Assembly: GCA_003214315.1 (NCBI GenBank)
Contig: QCLU01000008.1
Span: 23,547-87,546, forward strand
Source: Prochlorococcus sp. AG-418-D13
GTDB taxonomy: Bacteria > Cyanobacteriota > Cyanobacteriia > PCC-6307 > Cyanobiaceae
Direction of reading: 5' to 3'
Length of the DNA stretch: 64,000 nucleotides
Part shown: positions 23,527 to 31,867 of the stretch, piece by piece
How positions within the stretch are numbered: position 1 is the stretch's first letter
Layout: the number at the start of each line of letters is the position of its first letter
Position numbers and translations under genes: made by a program
The notes under the pieces: generated by a model
What the model was told of the DNA's origin: nothing
The model's database searches: none
The model's input: only the letters and a program-made list of their open reading frames with translations

Positions 23527-24813
23527 TTGGCAAAATCTCAATTAAACGTCTCAATAGTACAAATACATCTAAAAAAATTGGAGATAAGTCAAGAAAAAAT
23601 AAAATATAAAAGAATTTCTAAAAGAAAAAAAACCTTTAGTTCTAATTACAAAAAAAATCTAGCCAATTTCACAGATTCTATATTTCCCTTACCTTGGACA
23701 ATATGGCCTTATGAGGCAAAAATCCTCATTGTCCTCATTGGAATTTGGTCAATATCAGGAATATGCATACTAGGATCATCAAGTTGGTGGGTGGCTAGTA
23801 GGGAAATGGGAAATTGGGCTTACTTCTTAAAAAAACAAATTATTTGGACAATTCCAGGAATTTGTCTATTCTATTTGGTTCTTAATACAAACATTAGAAA
23901 TCTTTTAAAGTTTTCAAGAATTATTTTTTATATTTTATTCTTTTTGATTTTCCTTACAAATTTTACTGGTATTACAGTTAATGGATCTTCAAGATGGCTA
24001 GTACTTGGCAATTTACGTCTGCAGCCATCTGAATTAATTAAACCTTTTCTAATTCTAGAAGCTTCTAACCTTTTCGCACATTGGAATTTAGTAAAGAATG
24101 ATAAAAAATTTATTTCAATAATATCCTTTGGTCTATTAATTTTATTAATACTAAAACAGCCTAACTTAAGTACTGCATCATTAACTGGAATTCTTCTTTG
24201 GGTAATGGGTTTATGTGGAGGTGTAAAACTCAGCTCTCTTTGCTCATTTGCTTCAATAGGATTCATTACTGGGTGTATTAGCATCCTTAGTAACGAATAT
24301 CAAAAACATAGAGTTACTTCATTTATTAATCCTTGGAAAGATCAACAGGAAAATGGATTTCAATTGGTTCAGAGTTTATTAGCTATAGGTTCAGGTGGTC
24401 TATTTGGCCAAGGTTTTGGACTTTCTATACAAAAATTACAGTATCTACCGTTCATGTATACAGATTTTATTTTTGCTATTTTTGCGGAAGAATTTGGTTT
24501 ATTAGGGTGTACTTTATTCTTGGGATTTTTAGCAGTATTCTCCTATATAAGCCTAAGAATTAGTCTTAAGTGCAGGAACAACTATTCAAAATTAGTTGCT
24601 ATCGGATGTGGTGTATTGTTGGCAGGTCAATCAATAATGCATATTGCCGTAGCAACAGGTTCAATGCCTACTACAGGCTTACCACTACCTTTCATCAGTT
24701 ATGGTGGTAATTCATTAATAGCGTCTTTTTTTATTGCAGGGATGTTAATGAGATGTTCATTAGAATCAACAGGATTCATTGGGATGCTTAGTACACGAAA
24801 GACTCTCAATTAG
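23527..24813 (+). CDS. ftsW: SEDS-family cell division protein FtsW
   Basis: PTTGLPLPFISYGGNS motif and ~10 TM helices. A non-ATG start is required: TTG at 23527 or the in-frame TTG at 23578. Confidence 0.88.
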   Translation: MAKSQLNVSIVQIHLKKLEISQEKIKYKRISKRKKTFSSNYKKNLANFTDSIFPLPWTIWPYEAKILIVLIGIWSISGICILGSSSWWVASREMGNWAYFLKKQIIWTIPGICLFYLVLNTNIRNLLKFSRIIFYILFFLIFLTNFTGITVNGSSRWLVLGNLRLQPSELIKPFLILEASNLFAHWNLVKNDKKFISIISFGLLILLILKQPNLSTASLTGILLWVMGLCGGVKLSSLCSFASIGFITGCISILSNEYQKHRVTSFINPWKDQQENGFQLVQSLLAIGSGGLFGQGFGLSIQKLQYLPFMYTDFIFAIFAEEFGLLGCTLFLGFLAVFSYISLRISLKCRNNYSKLVAIGCGVLLAGQSIMHIAVATGSMPTTGLPLPFISYGGNSLIASFFIAGMLMRCSLESTGFIGMLSTRKTLN

Positions 24814-24937
24814 TTAGAATTTAAAGGATTTAAGTCAAGCTATCGAATCATTTAATTTAGTTATTTCAGAATTATCTCAAAAAGGTAACCTGCTTATCCA
24901 GAGTGGTCTTGATAGTCCTGGTCCATTTACTATATTT

Positions 24938-25552
24938 TTGGTTTTTTGCGCAGGACTTTTAACAAGTCTTGGGCCATGCTCATTATCATTACTTCCAGTA
25001 ACAATTGCTTATATAGGAGGAACAGAGAAAAATAAATTTAAACTTTTTAGTTTTTCAGGAGGTGTAGTTTTTTCGCTTGTTGCACTGGGGGGAGCGAGTG
25101 GATTCTTAGGTAAAATATATGGGCAAATTCCATCTTATTACACTTCATTTGTTGCCCTAATAGCAATAATAATGGGTTTAAATTTATTAGGAATTCTAAA
25201 GTTTCAGTTTCCGAATGGACCTGATCTAAAAATAATAGAGGACAAGATACCATCTCTAATAGCACCTTTTACAATAGGAACTACTTTTGGACTAGCCTCT
25301 TCACCTTGCATCACTCCAGTTTTAGCAACTCTTCTAGCTTGGGTATCGCAAGCCAAAAACCCGATAATCTCAATTATTTTTTTATTTTTCTTTGGAATAG
25401 GCCAAGTCACTCCATTAATTATTGCGGGAGCCACGGCAGAAAACTTAAAAAAATTTTTAGAGCTTAGAAAATTTAGTCAAATAATTCCCACCTTAAGTGG
25501 GATATTTTTAGTAGCACTAGGATTGTTAAATTTATTTTCAAATTGGATTTAA
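24938..25552 (+). CDS. ccdA: Cytochrome c biogenesis thiol-disulfide transporter CcdA. The true start is probably upstream of the listed TTG.
   Basis: LTSLGPC and SSPC Cys motifs. The frame is open and CcdA-like back to 24818 with no ATG or GTG (see findings). Confidence 0.88.
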   Translation: MVFCAGLLTSLGPCSLSLLPVTIAYIGGTEKNKFKLFSFSGGVVFSLVALGGASGFLGKIYGQIPSYYTSFVALIAIIMGLNLLGILKFQFPNGPDLKIIEDKIPSLIAPFTIGTTFGLASSPCITPVLATLLAWVSQAKNPIISIIFLFFFGIGQVTPLIIAGATAENLKKFLELRKFSQIIPTLSGIFLVALGLLNLFSNWI

Positions 25553-26839
25553 ATGTTTATTTTTAAGAATCTAATTTTAAAAATATCAAGTTTAAGATTC
25601 GCTATATCACTAATAATCTTCATAGCGATTGCCAGTGGCATAGGTACTTTTATACCTCAAGGTAGTAATAATAATTTCTACATTGATAATTTCGATAGTG
25701 CTCCCATTTTTGGATTTTTAGATGGAGAAAAAGTCTTAAAACTTCAATTGGATCATATATATACAAGCTTTTGGTTTTTATTTACATTAATTCTTCTTTG
25801 CATTTCCCTAGCCGCTTGTAGTTTCAGGAGGCAAATTCCTTCATTAAAAGCTTCATTAAAATGGGTTGAATACAAGAGCGAAAAAAAATTTAGCAAACTG
25901 CAATTAACTTCAAGTCACCCAATCAATCAAGATGTGGACCTTATATCAATAGTTGATTTACTGCTTAAAAAAAGAGGATGGAAAACATACAAATTTAAAA
26001 GTCATATTTCTGCAAGAAGGGGTCTAATTGGAAAAATCGGTCCTTTAGTTGTACATATCGGATTAATAGTTTTACTTATAGGTTCAGCATATGGAAGTTT
26101 TACAAGTCAATCAAAAGAACAATATTTACTGCCTGGAGAGAGTTTGGATCTTGTTAATGAGAGCACAAACTCAAAAGCCAATGTAAAATTAGTCGATTTT
26201 TCTATAGAACGAGAAAGTGATGGTATACCAAAACAGTTTATTTCAAAGTTAAATTTTTCTTCTGAAGATCTAAATCTAAATGAAATAAAAACCGCCAAAG
26301 TTAATCACCCAATCAGGTTTAATGGATTAACTATATATCAAGCTGATTGGGCAATATCAAATGTTGTTTTAGAAATAGATAATATCCTTTATCAACTACA
26401 ATTAAAGGAGATTCCCGAAATTGGCAATCAAGTTTGGGGAGTTTTAGTTGAATTAGGATCAGAAACTAAAAAAAATTTCCTTTTAACAATAGATAATGAA
26501 AATGGTCCACTTAAAATTGCTAATACAGAAAATTTTTCAGGGAATAATCTCTATATCAATGACAACCCATTAGAAGTTAACTCTTCAAAAGTATCACTGA
26601 AAAAAATAATACCCAGCAGTGGATTAATTATTAAAAATGATCCGTCTATACCTTTTATTTATTTCTCTTTTATTTTAATAATTTTTGGAACAACAATAAG
26701 TCTTATACCAACAAACCAATTATGGATTCTTGTAAATAATGAATCACAAAAGCTATTCATTGGAGGTCTAAGCAATAAAAATTTAGTTGGTTTTAAAAAA
26801 GAATTTTTTAAATTATCAGAAGAAATAAAAAAATTTTAA
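25553..26839 (+). CDS. ccs1: Cytochrome c biogenesis protein Ccs1/CcsB (ResB family)
   Basis: 428 aa. N-terminal TM helices, a large soluble domain and a C-terminal TM helix. Starts immediately after the ccdA stop. Confidence 0.9.
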   Translation: MFIFKNLILKISSLRFAISLIIFIAIASGIGTFIPQGSNNNFYIDNFDSAPIFGFLDGEKVLKLQLDHIYTSFWFLFTLILLCISLAACSFRRQIPSLKASLKWVEYKSEKKFSKLQLTSSHPINQDVDLISIVDLLLKKRGWKTYKFKSHISARRGLIGKIGPLVVHIGLIVLLIGSAYGSFTSQSKEQYLLPGESLDLVNESTNSKANVKLVDFSIERESDGIPKQFISKLNFSSEDLNLNEIKTAKVNHPIRFNGLTIYQADWAISNVVLEIDNILYQLQLKEIPEIGNQVWGVLVELGSETKKNFLLTIDNENGPLKIANTENFSGNNLYINDNPLEVNSSKVSLKKIIPSSGLIIKNDPSIPFIYFSFILIIFGTTISLIPTNQLWILVNNESQKLFIGGLSNKNLVGFKKEFFKLSEEIKKF

Positions 26840-27246
26840 TTTTTTTTCTGTCCGCTAAAAATATCTAACTGCATAGAAACATTCCCTCTGGGGTTAAATG
26901 CAGCATTTAAATGAATCCAGTGAGGCGAGCCCTCATTAACTAAATCATCCATAATTCTATTAACAACTTCCTCATGTGATATCTTTATATCTCTAAAATT
27001 ATTAATATAAAGCTTTAAAGACTTCAACTCATAGACTCTTAAATTAGGTTGATAAATAATATTTAGCTTTGCAAAATCTGGATAACCAGAAAAGGGGCAC
27101 TTACATGTAAATTCAGGTAATTGGATAGAAATTTCATAAATTCTTTTCTTATTTGGATTCTCGAAACAAATTATTTTTGATTCTTCAATAATTCTTTCAC
27201 CATAAAGTGGTCTTTGCGTAGAATCATCTAATTTAGCTGTACTCAT
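26836..27246 (-). CDS. queF: NADPH-dependent 7-cyano-7-deazaguanine reductase
   Basis: 136 aa. Type I QueF with catalytic Cys in [13 protein letters not shown] and the ELKSLKLY motif. Confidence 0.92.
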   Translation of the reverse strand: MSTAKLDDSTQRPLYGERIIEESKIICFENPNKKRIYEISIQLPEFTCKCPFSGYPDFAKLNIIYQPNLRVYELKSLKLYINNFRDIKISHEEVVNRIMDDLVNEGSPHWIHLNAAFNPRGNVSMQLDIFSGQKKN

Positions 27247-27424
27247 TTTTAGTAAAACTTATTTACTAAACCTATATAAAAAGATCAAAATCTGCAAAAA
27301 TCTCAACAAGCTTAAGTATTACAATTGAATAAGGCAAAAGCTATTAAATCTTATTTTTGTATCATATATAACATTCACAATGTCGGTTAAAAGGTTTATA
27401 TGTTTCTAGTTCAATGAAAAATTA

Positions 27425-27670
27425 ATGGACATTTGTTTGATAACTATCGATAACAATTTAAATAAATCCCTTCAACCAAAAAGCGCAATTGGAATGTTAT
27501 GGCTTCAAACACACTTTGAGAATAATCAGTGGGAAGCATTATCAAATAGTACAGTAATTATTTCTGAAGAAAATTCCCAATTATTAATTGAAGATGCCAC
27601 CAATGCAGGCCTTGAAATTAAATGTTTGTCTGATATTTCAATGTTGGATGTTTTCCCAAAAAACAATTAA
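27425..27670 (+). CDS. Hypothetical 81-aa protein upstream of glnB
   Basis: ATG start, globular-looking composition, 24 nt upstream of glnB. No domain recognised. Confidence 0.5.
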   Translation: MDICLITIDNNLNKSLQPKSAIGMLWLQTHFENNQWEALSNSTVIISEENSQLLIEDATNAGLEIKCLSDISMLDVFPKNN

Positions 27671-28033
<363 letters not shown>

Positions 28034-28034
28034 T

Positions 28035-28847
28035 TCAAAGAGTTTCTTTTACTAAATTTTGTATATAATCACTATTAATTCTTCTATTTGATTGACTTCC
28101 TAAGGTCATCCAAGCTAGATATTCATGATTTCCAGCAGGACCTACTAGCGGAGAAGCTATCAAATTCTTTATATTCCATTGGAAATTCTTAGCAGCATAA
28201 ATAACAGACTCTATAGCCTCAGTATGGAATTTAGGATTGCGAACAACACCACCTCTACTAACTTTATCTTTACCAACCTCAAATTGGGGTTTAATTAAAA
28301 ATATTCCCTCAATAGAATCACCTTCTAATAAATTACCAATAGATTTAAAAACTAACTTTAATGAAATAAAAGACAAATCAGCAACCACAAAATTTGGTAA
28401 TTGATTACCTCTAGATAAAAGATCATTAGGTTTTAAATTTCGAATATTAGTTCGTTCAAAAAGTATGACTTTTGGGTTATTTCTAATCTTCCATGCAGTC
28501 TGTCCATAACCAACATCAATACCATAAACTAACTTTGCTCCTTGTTGCAATAAGCAATCAGTAAATCCCCCAGTAGAGATTCCTGCGTCAATACATATTT
28601 TATCTTTTACTTTAATTTCAAGTTTTTTAAATGCCTCCAATAATTTTTCGCCGCCCCTCGATACAAACATAGGTTCGGAATCAATAAAAAATTCAGATCC
28701 AATTAATACTTGTTGTCCAGGTTTATCCAATACTTTTCCATTGATATCTCTAACCTTGCCCGCAAGAATTAAACCTTGGGCCTTTTGACGAGTTTCACAT
28801 AAACCTTTATTTAGAAGATAAAGGTCTAATCTACTTTTTTTAATCAT
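28035..28847 (-). CDS. tlyA: TlyA-family rRNA 2'-O-methyltransferase (S4 domain + FtsJ-like methyltransferase)
   Basis: 270 aa. N-terminal S4-like RLDLYL..GL..TR and a SAM-binding DAGISTGGFTD motif. Confidence 0.88.
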   Translation of the reverse strand: MIKKSRLDLYLLNKGLCETRQKAQGLILAGKVRDINGKVLDKPGQQVLIGSEFFIDSEPMFVSRGGEKLLEAFKKLEIKVKDKICIDAGISTGGFTDCLLQQGAKLVYGIDVGYGQTAWKIRNNPKVILFERTNIRNLKPNDLLSRGNQLPNFVVADLSFISLKLVFKSIGNLLEGDSIEGIFLIKPQFEVGKDKVSRGGVVRNPKFHTEAIESVIYAAKNFQWNIKNLIASPLVGPAGNHEYLAWMTLGSQSNRRINSDYIQNLVKETL

Positions 28848-29128
28848 CTATTAATCAATAAAAAAAGACTGAATAATGAACTTCTACAAGATTAAGATCC
28901 AAATTCTTTAATACCATCCAATTTTAAATTAGAACTAAAAAATTACCCATTATTAACGAAAGGAATAAATGCAAACATTTTTATAATTAAGCTTTTTTAT
29001 TAGCCAGAAAAATGTTACATAAGAAAATAATAATGAGGCAAATATGTTCAATGGCAAGTACATCTCTAAGGTATAGGGCAATAATTCAATTTTGGTTATA
29101 AAGTTTAAATTGATAATTAATAAAAATT

Positions 29129-30424
29129 GTGATCGAGCGTTACACATTACCCGAAATGGGTAAAATCTGGACTGAAAGCGCAAAATTCCAGAGTTGGCTT
29201 AAGGTTGAAATAGCTGCATGTGAAGCAAATTTTTCCCTCGGGAAAATTCCTGACAATGCCATGAAAGAGATACGTTCAAATGCAAAATTTGATGAATCTA
29301 GAATTACAGAAATTGAGAAAGAGGTAAAACATGATGTTATAGCATTTCTTACAAGCGTTAATGAATTTGTAGGAGATTCTGGAAGATACATACATGTTGG
29401 CATGACCAGTAGTGATGTACTTGATACTGGCTTGTCTCTTCAGTTAAAAGATTCTTGCAAATTGTTATTAGAAGAAATTGAGAACCTAGAAAATGAAGTC
29501 AGATTATTAGCGAGGAAACATAAAAATACATTAATGATTGGCAGATCTCATGCAATTCATGGGGAGCCAATTTCCTTCGGTTTTAAACTTGCTGGATGGT
29601 TAGCAGAAATAATAAGGAACAAAAAAAGATTGTTAATACTGAAAGAATCTGTAGCGATTGGACAAATAAGTGGTGCAATGGGAACTTACGCCAATACGAA
29701 TCCCAAAATAGAACAAATAACTTGTGATTTACTCGGCTTAAAACCAGATACTGCAAGTACGCAGGTTATATCGAGAGACAGACATGCAGAATATGTGCAA
29801 ACTATTGCACTAGTTGGCGCTTCTCTAGATAGATTCTCAACTGAAATAAGAAATTTACAAAGGACTGATGTTTTAGAAGTTGAGGAGGGCTTTACAAAAG
29901 GGCAAAAAGGAAGTTCTGCCATGCCTCATAAAAGAAATCCTATTCGAAGTGAAAGAGTAAGCGGTTTAGCAAGAATTTTGAGGAGTTACGTCTTAACAGC
30001 ACTGGAAAATGTTCCACTTTGGCACGAAAGAGACATAAGCCATAGTTCAAATGAACGTATCATGTTACCTGATGTATCAATCTGTTTGCATTTTATGCTC
30101 AGGGAAATGAAAGATATAGTAAGTAATTTGGAAGTTTATCCAAAAAATATGCTCAAAAATTTAAATATATATGGTGGTGTAATCTTTAGTCAGAAAGTTT
30201 TACTTTTGCTTGTAGAGAAGGGATTATCTAGAGAAAAAGCTTATAGCTTAGTACAAAAGAATGCGCATCTGGCCTGGAATACTCAGAATGGGAATTTCAA
30301 ACAAAATATAGAGAGAGATAATGAAATAATGGATTTTATTGATCAAAGTGACTTAGAAGAATGTTTTAATCCTTCAATTCATCTCAATAATTTAAGTGTA
30401 ATATGGGATAAGTTAGGTATCTAG
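29129..30424 (+). CDS. purB: Adenylosuccinate lyase
   Basis: 431 aa. Lyase signature GSSAMPHKRNP. GTG start gives MIERYTLPEM. Confidence 0.95.
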   Translation: MIERYTLPEMGKIWTESAKFQSWLKVEIAACEANFSLGKIPDNAMKEIRSNAKFDESRITEIEKEVKHDVIAFLTSVNEFVGDSGRYIHVGMTSSDVLDTGLSLQLKDSCKLLLEEIENLENEVRLLARKHKNTLMIGRSHAIHGEPISFGFKLAGWLAEIIRNKKRLLILKESVAIGQISGAMGTYANTNPKIEQITCDLLGLKPDTASTQVISRDRHAEYVQTIALVGASLDRFSTEIRNLQRTDVLEVEEGFTKGQKGSSAMPHKRNPIRSERVSGLARILRSYVLTALENVPLWHERDISHSSNERIMLPDVSICLHFMLREMKDIVSNLEVYPKNMLKNLNIYGGVIFSQKVLLLLVEKGLSREKAYSLVQKNAHLAWNTQNGNFKQNIERDNEIMDFIDQSDLEECFNPSIHLNNLSVIWDKLGI

Positions 30425-30472
30425 GATTACTGAAAACCTTATCTAAGTTAAACCAGTGTTTTCAGAGGAATA

Positions 30473-31858
30473 ATGACAAAAAACTTTAGGACTGAAAAAG
30501 ATAGTATGGGAACAATAGAGGTTCCTATGGAAGCTTTATGGGGTGCTCAAACACAACGATCAATAATAAATTTTTCTATTGGAGAAGAATTAATTCCAAT
30601 TGAGTTAATTTATTCACTCACACGCATAAAAAAAGCTGCTTCAATTGCGAATTTTAATTTAGGGTTAATAGATAAAAGAAAAAAAGATTTGATTGTAGAG
30701 GCATGTACAGAAATACTTGATGGGCTTCATGATTCACAGTTTCCCTTAAAGGTTTGGCAAACAGGTAGTGGCACGCAAACAAATATGAATGTTAATGAGG
30801 TAATTTCAAATATTGCAGCATTAAAAACTAATTCAGAGCTTGGTAGTCATCAACCAATACATCCAAATGATGATGTAAATAAATCTCAGTCAACTAATGA
30901 CACTTTTCCTGCTGCTATTCAAATATCTGTTGTTAATGAAATAATCAGAAATTTAGTTCCAACGATAAGAGAACTTACGAAGATCCTTGATAAAAAAAGT
31001 AAAGAATGGAAAGAACTTATAAAGATAGGAAGAACCCATTTTCAAGATGCAGTTCCCCTTACTTTTGGGCAAGAAATATCAGGATGGTCAGAGCAACTTA
31101 AAGATGCAGAGAATGCAATTATTATGAGTCTGAATGGATTGTATTTCTTACCTCTGGGAGGAACTGCAGTTGGTACAGGGATTAATTGTCCAAAAGGATT
31201 TTGTGAAGAGTCTATAAAATCAATTTCAGATGATACTAATCTAATGTTCTATAAATCAAAAAATAATTTTTCAATCATGGCCTCGCATGATCGTCTAGCT
31301 CAAGTAATGAGTCAGATAAAAATATTAGCAGGTGCATTATTTAAAATTTCAAATGATATAAAAATTCTATCTTCTGGTCCAAGATCAGGAATATATGAAT
31401 TAATTATCCCTCAAAATGAACCTGGAAGTTCTATCATGCCTGGCAAAGTGAATCCAACTCAATGCGAAGCCTTATCAATGGTATGCACTCAGATAATGGG
31501 TCTTGAATATGCAGTTTCAATGGCAAATTCTAACGGCACTTTACAGATGAATGAATATAAGCCTCTTATTGGATTTAATATTCTTACAAGTTTAAAATTA
31601 ATTAAAAATGCAATAGAAAACTTCAGAATAAAATTAGTTGATGGGATGGAACCTAATCAAAAGAAGATGAAGTTAAATTTAGAAAATTCACTCATGTTGG
31701 TTACATCAATAGTGCCAAAAGTTGGTTATGAAAAAGCAGCTGAAATTGCAAACCTTGCCTTCAAAGAATCATTAAATTTAAAAGAGGCAACACTTAAATT
31801 AGGTTATTTAAACGAAGATGAATTTGACAAAGCGATGAATATTAATTCAATGATTTGA
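30473..31858 (+). CDS. fumC: Class II fumarate hydratase
   Basis: 461 aa. Signature GSSIMPGKVNPTQCEA. Confidence 0.95.
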   Translation: MTKNFRTEKDSMGTIEVPMEALWGAQTQRSIINFSIGEELIPIELIYSLTRIKKAASIANFNLGLIDKRKKDLIVEACTEILDGLHDSQFPLKVWQTGSGTQTNMNVNEVISNIAALKTNSELGSHQPIHPNDDVNKSQSTNDTFPAAIQISVVNEIIRNLVPTIRELTKILDKKSKEWKELIKIGRTHFQDAVPLTFGQEISGWSEQLKDAENAIIMSLNGLYFLPLGGTAVGTGINCPKGFCEESIKSISDDTNLMFYKSKNNFSIMASHDRLAQVMSQIKILAGALFKISNDIKILSSGPRSGIYELIIPQNEPGSSIMPGKVNPTQCEALSMVCTQIMGLEYAVSMANSNGTLQMNEYKPLIGFNILTSLKLIKNAIENFRIKLVDGMEPNQKKMKLNLENSLMLVTSIVPKVGYEKAAEIANLAFKESLNLKEATLKLGYLNEDEFDKAMNINSMI

Positions 31859-31867
31859 TGAAAAAAT

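Noticed and set aside
27247-27330. preQ1 riboswitch in the queF leader
   Set aside because: The leader is almost pure A/U. It lacks the C-rich P1 stem and loop and the conserved core of the preQ1-I consensus as I recall it. Only a simple palindromic hairpin is present.
28953-29183. 76-aa minus-strand ORF in the tlyA-purB spacer
   Set aside because: It overlaps the purB start region, and its translation is hydrophobic, Phe/Leu/Ile-rich sequence typical of AT-rich read-through. It has no start context or motif support.
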